In this document: positions 35,884-48,660 of the stretch, piece by piece
Numbering within the stretch: position 1 is the first letter of the stretch
How the letters are laid out: each line of letters begins with the position of its first letter
Program-made: the position numbers and the translations under genes
NCBI GenBank assembly: GCA_002269645.1
Contig: NIVC01003348.1
Location: 49,061-103,086, forward strand
Origin: Macrostomum lignano
Taxonomy: Eukaryota
Direction of reading: 5' to 3'
Length of the DNA stretch: 54,026 nucleotides
Notes under the pieces: model-generated
Database searches by the model: none
What the model saw: only the letters and a program-made list of their open reading frames with translations
What the model was told of the DNA's origin: nothing

Positions 35884-36420
35884 ACTCTCCTTGCTTACCC
35901 TATACTATCTGCTTATCTACCCTACACCCCTTGCTTATCTACTCTACACTCTCCTTGCTTACCTACCCTATACTCTCCTCGCTTACCTACCCTACACTCT
36001 CCTTGCTTACCTACCCTACACTCTCCTTGCTTATCTACCCTACACTCTCCTTGCTTATCTACCCTATACTCTCCTTGCTTATCTACCCTACAGTCTCCCT
36101 GCTTATCTACCCTACATTCCTTCTTATCTACCCTACACTCTCCTTGCTTACCTACCCTACACTCTCCTTTCTTATCTACCCTACACTCTCCTTGCTTACC
36201 TACCCTACACTCTCCTTTCTTATCTACCCTACACTCTCCTTGCTTACCTACCCTACACTCTCCTTTCTAATCTACCCTACACTCTCCTTGCTTACCTACC
36301 CTACACTCTCCTTTCTTATCTACCCTACACTCTCCTTGCTTACCTACCCTACACTCTCCTTTCTAATCTACCCTACACTCTCCTTGCTTACCTACCCTAT
36401 ACTATCCTTGCCTATCTACC
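35884..36420. repeat. 24-bp minisatellite (CTACCCTACACTCTCCTTGCTTAC)
   Basis: About 22 tandem units, ending about 150 nt downstream of the NIM1K stop. Confidence 0.95.
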
Positions 36421-36563
36421 CTATAGTGTCTGCTCATCTACCATTTACTCTCAGCTCATTAACATCGCTGCGCAGTATTAAAAATTGATCTCTTCTCATT
36501 TCAAAAAAAATTAATGAAAAAATTTTTACAATAAAAACACAATTGAGTTGACAGAGCGCAGAG

Positions 36564-37370
36564 TTACAGTACAGTACATGCTTTGCTGCTTGCCTGTTGC
36601 TGCTGCTGCTGCTGCTGCTGTCTGTCACCGCCGCCTCTGCGACCGCCGCCTCCGCCACCACCGCCGCCGCCTCCTCGCTGCCTCTCCTGTCGAGACAGAG
36701 CAGCACTGGACGGCGGAGTGAAGGTGATCTCGCCAGACTCCCGCTTGTGCACCTTGTGCAGCGCAATCCGATAAGTTCCAGTTATTGACGATCGATAAGA
36801 TTTGCCGGAAGCTTCTTCTAGTAGAGACTCGCTAATGCCTAATTGTTGCAGATTCTTGCGCACCTCCAATTCTTCGGGTCGCAGATCCGCCCTGTTAGCC
36901 ACTCGCCTGGGGTTCATCTCGTACTTCTCCAGAGCGGGTAGGAACTCCTCTCCCTCAAGCCAGGCTGAGGATTGAATATCGGACATTGTGGCTCGGTCTG
37001 GCGGGCTCAGTCTCAGAATAGAGGCGATCAATGCTTGAGCAGGCTCAGACAGGAAGGCTGGCATGCTGTACTCGCCGGCTAGAATAAGCTTCTTTAGCCT
37101 GCCAACCGTGTCAGCTCGGAATGGCATCAGGCCTGTGAGCATGAAATAGAGCATAATGCCCAGAGCCCAGATGTCAACTCGAGGTCCTTGATAAGAGTCA
37201 TCTCGGAACAGTTCGGGCGCAGCGTAGGGCGGCGAGCCGCAGAAGGTGTTGAGCTCCTGCTGCGGCTTGGCCAGAGTGCTGAATCCGAAATCGCCAACCT
37301 TCACGTGCGACGGGCCGGAGAAGAACACGTTCTCGGCCTTCAGGTCGCGATGGATCACGTTATGGTCGTG
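36564..37370 (-). CDS. NIM1K: NIM1K kinase exon 3 (catalytic loop to C-terminus)
   Basis: Acceptor cccaaag|CAC; HDHNVIHRDLKAENVFF...KVGDFGFST...LNTFCGSPPYAAPELFRD...DIWALGIMLYFM.TG.MPFRADTV. 807 nt to TAA, with poly-Gly and poly-Gln in the tail. Confidence 0.95.
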   Translation of the reverse strand, partial: HDHNVIHRDLKAENVFFSGPSHVKVGDFGFSTLAKPQQELNTFCGSPPYAAPELFRDDSYQGPRVDIWALGIMLYFMLTGLMPFRADTVGRLKKLILAGEYSMPAFLSEPAQALIASILRLSPPDRATMSDIQSSAWLEGEEFLPALEKYEMNPRRVANRADLRPEELEVRKNLQQLGISESLLEEASGKSYRSSITGTYRIALHKVHKRESGEITFTPPSSAALSRQERQRGGGGGGGGGGGRRGGGDRQQQQQQQQQASSKACTVL

Positions 37371-37439
37371 CTTTGGGTGCCGGGGCGGAGGGTGAGGGGG
37401 TTTTGTTCAGTAACTTGGCAGTGCGGATTTGGTGCAGCT

Positions 37440-37835
37440 TGAGTACAGCAGAGTGGGTTGGAGCAGAGTAGATTGGAGTAGAGTAGACCCGAGTAGAGTA
37501 GATTTGAGTAGAGTAGACCCGAGTAGAGTAGATTGGAGTAGAGTAGATTGGAGTAGAGTAGATTGGAGTAGAGAAGACCTGAGTAGAGTAGATTTGAGTA
37601 GAGTAGATTGGAGTTTACTCCAATAGTAGATTGGATTCTACTCCAGATTGGAGTAGAATAGACCTAAGTAGAGTTGATTGGAGTAGAGTAGATTTGAGTA
37701 GAGTAGATTGGAGTAGAGTAGATTAGAGCAGAGTAGATTTGAATAGAGTGGGTTGGAGTAGAGTAGATTGAAGTAGAGTAGATTTGAGTAGAGTAGATTG
37801 GAGTAGAGTAGATTGGAGTTGAGTAGATCGGAGTA
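37440..37835. repeat. 15-bp minisatellite (GAGTAGAGTAGATTG) in NIM1K intron 2
   Basis: Direct inspection. Confidence 0.92.
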
Positions 37836-38194
37836 GCATAGAAAAGTTAATGGTATTGACAATGCTGTACCCAATAGTACGAGTACTGCACAGAGAAAAT
37901 ATTTAAGGAAAATGAAGAAAAATAGAAAAGCATTCCATTTCGTGCTTGAATGCAATTATGTTGAAATTATTTCTACAGAAAACGAAAAAATCAACGAGAA
38001 AACAAGCTGCTCGTTAAAGCTTTTAAAAGCAGAAAAGGTTTCATTGCTGCTTCTTCTGCCCTCAATTGTTCAATTTCGTTATGAAAATTCGACATTGTTT
38101 GTTAGAAAGTCGCGCAGTGATGAAAATGCGTGATTTTAACGGTTTTTGTCTGTTATTGAATCTTGAATTTTTGTAAATCTGGGCATCTAGTAGA

Positions 38195-38704
38195 TAGATT
38201 GTGGCGCTTCTAATGCATAGATTGTGGCGTAGCTAATGCATAGATTGTGGCGTCTCCAATGCATAGATTGTGGCGCTTCTAATGCATAGATTGTGGCGTA
38301 GCTAATGCATAGATTGTGGCGTCTCCAATGCATAGATTGTGGCGTAGCTAATGCATAGATTGTGGCGTCTCCAATGCATAGATTGTGGCGTATCTAATGC
38401 ATAAATTGTGGCGTAGCTAATGCATAGATTGTGGCGTCTCCAATGCATAGATTGTGGCGTATCTAATGCATAGATTGTGGCGTAGCTAATGCATAGATTG
38501 TGGCGTCTCCAATGCATAGATTGTGGCGTAGCTAATGCATAGATTGTGGCGTCTCCAATGCATAGATTGTGGCGTATCTAATGCATAAATTGTGGCGTAG
38601 CTAATGCATAGATTGTGGCGCCTCTTGTGCATAGATTGTGGCGCCTCTTATGCATAGATTGTAGCGCCTCTAATGCATAGATTGTGGCGCCTCTTATGCA
38701 TAGA
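38195..38704. repeat. Second array of the 23-bp ATTGTGGCG...AATGCATAG minisatellite, in NIM1K intron 2
   Basis: Same unit and orientation as 28791-30092, with different diagnostic variants (TAGCT, TCTCC, TATCT). Confidence 0.96.
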
Positions 38705-39254
38705 TCTTACTCGTAGAAGCCTATATCGAATAGATTCCGTCATCCTTAAAAGTACAACTACGAGTAACTCAGCAATGGACTGCATTTATCCCAGAAACCC
38801 TCCGCCGCACTCGATACACTTTTTTTTCCTTAGATTGATTTTGTCAATCGATTTACAGAGTTCAAGCAATCATCTTCTACTGAGTAGCCAGTTACTCCGA
38901 TGTTTGCTTTACAGAAAGCACACACACAAACACACCCATTGCTTGATTGTCTTCATGGCATTGTCACGCGTCTTGCATTACATGGCTTGGACAAAGCCAT
39001 AAATCGATCCCAAGGATTAACTCTTGTCAAAGTAGATCCCTGCAGAACAGCTAGCTTATCAAGTAATGCACTAATCCCACTTCTGTATAGAGATTCCTAT
39101 CATCCGATATCGTTATCCGCAAGAGCAGGAAAAACTGCTCACAAAAGAAAACACTTTTCCCTTTCGAGTTGCCAATCAAGCGGAGGGGGAAACGATATTT
39201 CGAACCCAAGCAAGCTCAAGCAGCAGCAAGGGTATCAACATCGCACTCGCTCAC

Positions 39255-39523
39255 CATGTGCTTGATGGCCGAAGCCACTTGAGAGAAAATCACCCGGGCG
39301 TGCCGCTCAGAGAAGCGACCCTCCGACGTGATCTTAGTGAACAGCTCGCCGCCTGGAGCATACTCCATCACTATGTGAATCTTAGCGACGCTCTCCATCA
39401 CTTCGTACAGGCGAATCACGCACGGGTGGTGCAGGCGCTCCATCACGCTAACCTCGCGCGACAGCAGCCGCTGCGTCTTCGCGTCCAGTTTGGTTTTGTC
39501 CAGAATTTTAATGGCCACTTTCT
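39255..39523 (-). CDS. NIM1K: NIM1K kinase exon 2
   Basis: Acceptor ttcgcag|AG and donor ATG|gtgagc; [40 protein letters not shown]...VMEYA.GGELF is near-identical to NIM1K. Confidence 0.96.
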
Positions 39524-39584
39524 CTGCGAAAGGGGATTTTAGAGGGGTGGGGTGAGGCTAGCGGCTGAGGTGGATAGATGGACA

Positions 39585-39593
39585 GACAGACAG

Positions 39594-39678
<85 letters not shown>

Positions 39679-39722
39679 AAGACAGACAGACACTAAGACA
39701 GACAGACAGACAGACAGACACA

Positions 39723-39767
<45 letters not shown>

Positions 39768-39769
39768 CA

Positions 39770-39834
<65 letters not shown>

Positions 39835-39864
39835 CAAGACAGACAGACAGACAGACAGACAGGC

Positions 39865-39903
<39 letters not shown>

Positions 39904-39918
39904 TAGACAGACAGACAA

Positions 39919-39990
<72 letters not shown>

Positions 39991-40014
39991 GGACAGACAG
40001 ACAGACAGATAGAC

Positions 40015-40046
<32 letters not shown>
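39585..40046. repeat. (GACA)n microsatellite in NIM1K intron 1
   Basis: Direct inspection. Confidence 0.98.
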
Positions 40047-40047
<1 letters not shown>

Positions 40048-41019
40048 TATATTCGCAATAGCTTATTCGACCCCCAGCAATTTATATATTTATTACAAAT
40101 ATCAAGGATGCTGAAAAAGCTGAACCCCAACAAAGCTAGCACGGCTTAAGTCCGGCGAAATTTTCAGTGCAAATTAGCTTAATTTATGAGCTCCAGACTC
40201 AAGTTCAGCAAAGCACTACAGGGCATCATGATAATATAATGCAGTTCTTAAAACCCCTCTACCCAAGCTTGATATTAGCATAGAAAAGCAAAGCTGGGGA
40301 CAATACAAAACGCACTAAGAGAAAGACAGGCTTAGATTTAAGAGGCAGGTACTCGTAAAAAAAGAATCAAATAAGAAAGAAAATGAGCGAACTAGCTACC
40401 ACTAGAGTTGGTCGTGAAACCCGACTATAAAGAGATACTTCTGACACAATAAAAGAGAAGGTGAGGGAGAGAGAAGAGAAAAAGTACACCCATGCCAACC
40501 CAGCTTGAACAATTGGAATTTTGGAGGGCAATTTAAGCAGTTTAGTGCGCGCCGCTGCATCTACATCGTAATGCAAGGGCTTAAGCTTGTTAACTTAGCT
40601 TATAGAGTGGCTCCATGGCATAAAATTAATGCTGGCATAAAAGAAAATGAGTATAAAATTTTAGCCGTCTTTTTTCCAGACAATTTTGCATCTTTTGGCG
40701 AAAACGCGATCAAAATTGTTCAAGAATTGCAATCTCCAGAGCGTTATGGACAAGCAACGATACAAACCTTAGAGATTTAGTATATTTAGATAGAAGATAG
40801 AAGAAGATAGAAGAAATGCCGGAACTCTCTATAGAGAACGATGTGAAGCCTGTGCCACATTTGAGACTATTATAAAAAGAACCAGTTTTTACCAGTTCTT
40901 TCTCCATGAAAAAATGTAAGATTTAAGCTCATTATTCAGCTTGAATTTGTCAATTAAATCTAATAGATAGAAGCAAGCTACGCTCGAAAATGATTAAGCA
41001 GTGTACTTTAATATTACAC

Positions 41020-41800
41020 CGCCCAGAGACACCTCATTCTGATTTTACCCCTCCCCTTACAGACACCCCATTTTGATTTACCCCTCCCCCCACAGACACC
41101 CCATTTTGATTTACCCCTCCCCACCACAGACACCCCATTCTGATTTTACCCCTTCCCCACCACAGACACCCCATTCTGATTCACCCCTCCCCCCACAGAC
41201 ACCCAATTTTGATTTACCCCTCCCCCCACAGACACCCCATTTTGATTTACCCCTCCCCACCACAGACACCACATTCTGATTTTACCCCTTCCCCACCACA
41301 GACACCCCATTCTGATTCACCCCTCCCCCCACAGACACCCCATTTTGATTTACCCCTCCCCCCACAGACACCCCATTTTGATTTACCCCTCCCCCCACAG
41401 ACACCCCATTTTGATTTACCCCTCCCCCCACAGACACCCCATTTTGATTTACCCCTCCCCACCACAGACACCACATTCTGATTTTACCCCTTCCCCACCA
41501 CAGACACCCCATTCTGATTTTACCCCTTCCCCACCACAGACACCCCATTCTGATTCACCCCTCCCCCCACAGACACCCCATTTTGATTTACCCCTCCCCA
41601 CCACAGACACCTCATTCTGATTTTACCCCTTCCCCACAACAGACACCCCATTTTGATTTACCCCTCCCCACCACAGACACCCCATTCTGATTCACCCCTC
41701 CCCACCACAGACACCCCATTCTGATTTTACCCCTTCCCCACCACAGACACCCCATTCTGATTCACCCCTCCCCACCACAGACACCCCATTCTGATTTTAC
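41020..41800. repeat. 33-34-bp C-rich minisatellite (CACAGACACCCCATTTTGATTTACCCCTCCCCC)
   Basis: About 23 tandem units with multiple G4-5 runs on the minus strand. Confidence 0.95.
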
Positions 41801-43249
41801 GCTCCCAGACACTTTGCAATTATAGAAAAGTGCAAAAGTTGAAGATATTGCGAATTCAGTGCTAAACAGAAATGAAAACTTCTTAATCTCGCTAAACACT
41901 TTTTGCAGCAATAATTAGTGCAGCAACCTTCTGCTTCAGCTGTCCATGAATAGAATAGGCTAGTTAGCTACGACGTATTACATATACTATACGTATAATG
42001 GAACCTCAAAAATATAGTGCTTTGTTCTAATAAACGCTTCTGTTCTCCTAATTTGCTTTTCTATCTCTTTCACTCGACCGAGCGTCAGCCCTCTTTTCAA
42101 TCCTAAATCCTATACATGTAGCTACCTTAGAAGTCGAACGCAAATTAGTGGACTAGGTGGAACTGACGGAAGTACCCGGTAAAAGGACACACAGGACAAA
42201 TATGCTCGGATGACCCTGTAAATGAGGCAGTCATTAGTTCTCATCTCCGTACTGCTACACTGCGCTAAGCCTATGTAAACTTTAAACCAAAACCTGGATC
42301 CCCACAAACATATACACGTAGCAAGTTTCTATAGATGTCTACCCTAGAAGCCACAAGGCTGTTGAGAATAAAAAAATGCGAAGAGAAGAGAAGTAAAGAC
42401 CCAAATAACTACTTATTAGTCTATGGTACAAAACCCCCATCTATGCCTTATGGACGCTCCCTTCACTGACAGTTTACTTACAGTGTGTAATAACTTATGC
42501 TTAAAATACTAAAAACCATTAACCAATAAACCAATCAATTTTTGGTAAAATTAAAACTAAGAATGCACTTGCCTTTACAGATCTTTAATGAACTTTTTTT
42601 AAAGGATGGCTTCAACAGATTAGGTTTCCTAATCTTTCTCAGATTACGAGATCAACTTAAAGTTGAAATTTTTCTTTCGGTTAACAGGGCTAACAATTTT
42701 TCACTGGATTTCAAATGTCGTTTCGACCTTGTAGACTTCCCAAGATGCTTTGAAGTCAACGTATAACTTTGTTTTATATTTCAAATAAATGACATCAATT
42801 TATTTCAAAATTAACCTATTTAGGCTCATCAATTTTGTGCACTTTTGTTAACAAACCAACTAGAGATGAATTTGAGGCTTTCAGATAATCTTTCAATTCA
42901 CTGAGAGGCATGAAACTCGAACCGCTGCCTGTATTATATGAGGCTCGTTTGGCTAATCCTCCTGATGCTGACTGACATAAGGCGAGAAATCCCCCGCATG
43001 GCCACGAGTCACGAGTTATTATCCCCAAGAAGAGTCTGTGAGGATGGACGATGCCCAACCATTTCATTGGCTTGCTGACATTTTCACGGATAACCTCTGT
43101 CCTTTATCCGCATTTAACCTTTAACTTAGTGCTTAGGAGGCCGGCAATCACGCTGCGTAGCTAACTAACAATTACACTTTGTTAGACTAAACCACTAATC
43201 TTTTGCATGCTCACCTGCTAGCGGCAACTCTCCTTGGCATTCTCAATAT

Positions 43250-43822
<573 letters not shown>

Positions 43823-44213
43823 TCATCAATCTATTCTTTCATTCATGATGATTTAATTAAAACTTCTTAACAAGAATCCCTAATAAAAGTGAAACCCCAA
43901 ATGAAGCCAGTCCACAGATTCCTATTTCTCGGAATCCCTAGGAGTTCAGCACGAGCGGAAATTAATTTGCCTCATGTCTGAAAAATCTGATTCAGTTTTT
44001 GCACACGCGGACCGCAGACAGCATTAATTGAGGTGCAGCTGTGACTAAGATAACGGGCAGCCAGTTTTGAAGCATTTTGCCTGCAGGGCGGCACAGGTGA
44101 ATTAAGACTAATTAAAGACCAACTGCGTGACAAACTCTGTGAATGCAAATTTCATTCCATAGCCCTTTCCCTTTGAAGTCCTGTCTCTAGATCCCTGATT
44201 AACTGATTACTCC

Positions 44214-45502
44214 TTATCTCTCCCCTGTTCTATCCCTATGTCTCACCTGTTCTATCCCTATATCTCACCTGTTTTATCCCTATCTCTCCCCTGTTATATC
44301 CCTATGTCTCATCTGTTCTATCCCTATATCTCCCCTGTTCTATCCCTATATCTCCCCTGTTCTATCCCTGTCTCTCCCCTTTCTATCTCCATATCTCCCC
44401 TGTTCTATCCCTGTCTCTCCCCCTTTCTATCCCTATCTCTCCCCTGTTCTATCCCTATCTCTCCCCTGTTCTATCCCTATCTCTCCCCTGTTCTATCCCT
44501 ATCTCTCCCCTGTTCTATCCCTATCTCTCCCCTGTTCTATCCCTATCTCTCCCCTGTTCTATCACTATCTCTCCCCTGTTCTATCCCTATCTCTCCCCTG
44601 TTCTATCCTTATCTCTCCCCTGTTCTATCCCTATCTCTCCCCTGTTCTATCCCTATCTCTCCCCTGTTCTATCCTTATCTCTCCCCTGTTCTATCCCTAT
44701 CTCTCCTCTGTTCTATCCCTATCTCTCCCCTGTTCTATCCCTATTTCTCCCCTGTTCTATCCCTGTCTCTCCCCCTTTCTATCTCCATATCTCCCCTGTT
44801 CTATCCCTGTCTCTCCCCCTTTCTATCCCTATATCTCCCCTGTTCTATCCCTATCTCTCCCCTGTTCTATCCCTATCTCTCCCCTGTTCTATCCCTATAT
44901 CTCCCCTGTTCTATCCCTATCTCTCCCCTGTTCTATCCCTATCTCTCCCCTGTTCTATCCCTATCTCTCCCCTGTTCTATCCCTATATCTCCCCTCTTCT
45001 ATCCCTATCTCTCCCCTGTTCTATCCCTATATCTCCCCTGTTCTATCCCTATATCTCCACTGTTCTTTCCCTATATCTTCCCTGTACTATCCCTATCTCT
45101 CCCCTGTTCTATCCCTATCTCTCCCCTGTTCTATCCCTATCTCTCCCCTGTTCTATCCCTATATCTCCCCTGTTCTATCCCTATATCTCCACTGTTCTTT
45201 CCCTATATCTTCCCTGTACTATCCCTATCTCTCCCCTGTTCTATCCCTATATCTCCCCTTTTCTATCCCTATATCTCCCCTTTTCTATCCCCATCTCTCC
45301 CCTGTTCTATCCCTATATCTCTCCTGTTCTATCCTTATATCTCCCCTGTTCTTCCCCATATCTCTCCCCTGTTCTATCCCTATATCTCCACTGTTCTATC
45401 CCTATATCTCCCCTGTTCTATCCCTATATCTCCCCTGTTCTATCCTTATATCTCCCCTTTTCTATCCCCATCTCTCCCCTGTTCTATCCCCATATCTCCC
45501 CT
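44214..45502. repeat. 22-bp pyrimidine-rich minisatellite (CTATCTCTCCCCTGTTCTATCC)
   Basis: About 58 tandem units. The 471-aa ORF over it is a repeat translation. Confidence 0.97.
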
Positions 45503-45861
45503 GTTGATAAATCCTGCTGTCAGTTTTGCATATCCCCAAATTGATTGCTTTTCCAGTCTATTGAAGAGGCAAACAAAAGACAGACAAACAAAAGATCAAC
45601 GTAAGAGTATTAAAGCGACTAAATTATTTTCACGCTTTGCTACAATAGCATAATGATAAGCAATTATCCAGCATTCAGTCTGTTAAGCTACTGGCTCACT
45701 CAAAAGTCAATCAATACAAGCATTGACAAAGCAGAGCCTACTGCAAAGAAAATAAATTGACAAGTAGAGAATGGAGAGGTTTACAAGTAGGATCTATTTC
45801 GTTTTACTCAACACCGAGTTCTAACTTCTACGTTTCTCTTCGAAAAGAGGCATTCTTAAAA

Positions 45862-46195
45862 TATCTTCAGACACTTTTCAGGCACTTCTCCAGACACATT
45901 TTCAGGCACTTCTCCAGACACATTTTCAGGCACTTCTCCAGACACATTTTCAGGCACATCTTCAGACACATTTTCAGGCACTTCTCCAGACACATTTTCA
46001 GGCACATCTTCAGACATATTAGCAGGCACATCTTCAGACATATTTTCAGGCAAATTTTCAGGCACATCTTCAGACACATTTTCAGGCACTTCTTCAGACA
46101 AATTTTCAGGCAGATCTTCAGGCACTTCTTCAGGCACATTTTCAGGCACACAGTCAAGCATTTACCTTTACGCATAACCTTCAGGCACTTCAGAC
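45862..46195. repeat. 12/24-bp minisatellite (TTTTCAGGCACTTCTCCAGACACA) next to the NIM1K exon 1 donor
   Basis: Direct inspection. Confidence 0.92.
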
Positions 46196-46244
46196 CATGT
46201 CGGGCACTACAGGCTACCCCACCATCTCTCCCTCTCCAACTCAC

Positions 46245-46677
46245 CCTTCGTCAGAGCGTGAGTAGCCAATTTGACCTGGGAGAAGTTACCAGTCCCCAGT
46301 TCGCCTCTGATCCTGTAGAAACCAATTCGTCGACCCAGCGTGATTTCCTTCTGCACGTTGTCGTCGTTTTCCAATTCAAATGTCAACTTCTCGTAGGCAG
46401 TCATGAGTGAACCATTCACGGCGTCTGCTCGGCCGTAGAGCTGCGAGCCGGTGGAGCCGGTCACGCTTAAGCTGCTAGCGGTTCCGTAGCCCAGAGATTC
46501 GGAATGCGGCACTGAGCCTTGGCTGCCCCTGGCTGGCACAGCTGCTGCTGTTGATGCAGCAGACTTTCCATGCGCTGTACCAGACTCTTCTCCTCTGCTT
46601 CCGGTGTTATTATTATTACTATTATTGATTTTGCTGCTACCACCGGCACTACCGGCACTGTTACTTTCGGCTGTCAT
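46245..46677 (-). CDS. NIM1K: NIM1K kinase exon 1
   Basis: ATG at 46677. TAYEKLT...KEITLGRRIGFYRIRGELGTGNFSQVKLATHALTK matches NIM1K (EITLGKRIGFYRIRGEIGSGNFSQVKL). Donor AAGG|gtgagt, phase 1. The three exons total 1509 nt (502 aa). Confidence 0.95.
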
Positions 46678-48489
46678 TGAGGCCGGGGGGTCTCGCGTTT
46701 CGGTCTTTGTGAACTGGCTTGATCTATACACCGTTGGTAGGCAGTTTACTGTCTGCAATTATAACAAAGCGGGTTTATTTTTTATCGCAAGCAATCCGGC
46801 GATTTTCTTCTTCTTCTATCTAAATATGAAACTCCTATCGAATAGGAACTGCTTAAAATGGGGAAAAGAAGTTCTTCAAGAGTCCAGACAGTCGCCAGCC
46901 AATCAGATTGGTTGAAAGGTTGGGGCCACGTTTTTTTTCCAAAGCAGTCAGACAAACTGGACAAGAACCCGGACTCTCTATGCGTGTACAACACAAAGCA
47001 GCTCAGCTAGTAGCAGGTCCAGCCCTATTGTCGCTATAGATTAAGCTCCCTGCCTCTCTTCTCCTGCTCCGCTGCACCCCCCCTCTACCCGGTTGCTATG
47101 GACTCTGCCAGGCCTTAGCAACAACATCGGAATGAGGGGAGAAGAGGAAGAATAGACGGTCATATAATATGGGAAACTGGAAAGTAACATAAGATTTAGG
47201 GTTCTGAAGGGATGAGGGATAGGAAAAGTAGTGTAAAACTGTACGCTCTGGCTACCAATAATTTTTTCTCCAGCAAGCCACGGAGAGAGAGAGCGAACGC
47301 CTAAAATCTTGCATTGTTTGCATTCAAGCCAGTTGGTGCAGATGCATATACTATAAGCTAAGGCCGAGTCTATCCCTGCTTGCATTGCAACCTTGCTGAG
47401 CAGGCAGATGAGGGTGGGGCGGCTGGTCTAGCTAGTTGAATAAGCCCTTGCCTCCAACCCCACTGTTTCAGGTCTCTCCACACGCTGCACTGCACACCGC
47501 CGTCCTCCCTCCTAGGAAAAGTGCAATTACTGAATGAGATTTTCTAGACACACTTACTAAGCAAACAATTAGCAAAAACTATTCTTTTGCTCAAAAGCAA
47601 AAAACACTCGTTACTAACAAAACGAACAGTTGTACTAGTTAAATTTCGTTGAATTAGATAAAGAATAATTTAAAATTGTGTAATTCTCAATTATAATTTA
47701 ATAATATCATACTTCGCTAGTGCATTGTTAATTGAGGTGCAGTGTGTGCTTTATAGAAAAACTGCTAGACGAGATTGAGAGTCTGCATTGCATCGACAGT
47801 TTCCATGGTTACACAGCTGCAATCTGTCATCATTCTTAGTTGGGGTTCATGCTTTATTCAGCCTAGAGTACACACACATACACGAGTCTGATTGGCATAA
47901 TTGAATGCTAACTCTCTGCCACTGTGAGCATTTGAGCAGTCAATAGATGAGGAAATTCTTTTATTAACAATGAGACTGCATTGTAAATCTGTTTTATATT
48001 GTGCTAATGAATGAATTTTGCCAGTCAGTGGAAATGCAGAGTTGCCCACTATAATAGCAAATTAATGACATTCATAGAGATTGATTGCAATTCTGAGCCA
48101 ACTTGTCCCAACTTGCTTCTGAAAGTACTAAAAGTTTAGATTATGCTTAACAAAGTAACTTTGTTAAGTAACTTTGTTTATAGAGCATTCAGATTTTGGC
48201 ATTCAGATTTTGATTTTTATTGCAGATCAAAGATTTTAAAATAACTAGGTTTAGTAGATTAAGGATTAGGATATGTACATTATTTCTAGGTAGGTATAAT
48301 TTATTAGCATTTTTAAGATTGCAATCCTACTTTCTACTAAGATCTTAGGATTTTGGGATCAGGATTAGGATTGTATTTATATATACAACTTTAAGTAGTA
48401 TTAAAATAAATCTCTTTTTCTTTAAAACATAAATTTAGACCCAATTAGTGACAAACTATAGCCAAACAGGAGATTTTCTTTCTAGTTTA

Positions 48490-48660
48490 TAATCTATATA
48501 TTACATCTATAATCTACATCTACATCTACATCTACATATTACATCTACATATTACATATTACATACATATTACATCATATTACATATTACATATTATATA
48601 TTATGTATGTACATATTATGTACATATTACATAATATATATTACATACATATTACATCTG
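48490..48660. repeat. (TACAT)n-like AT-rich microsatellite
   Basis: Direct inspection. Confidence 0.8.

Noticed and set aside
35011-36488. Long repetitive ORFs (QEVSDQG, LSTLHSPC)
   Set aside because: Translations of 24-bp arrays, open because the unit is a multiple of 3; no splice or start context.
42540-43070. Fragmentary ORFs in NIM1K intron 1 suggestive of a decayed TE
   Set aside because: I could not assign any motif; multiple stops in all frames.
47041-47385. CICTNWLECKQC, a PHD-finger-like Cys spacing
   Set aside because: Incomplete ligand set and no supporting exon structure.
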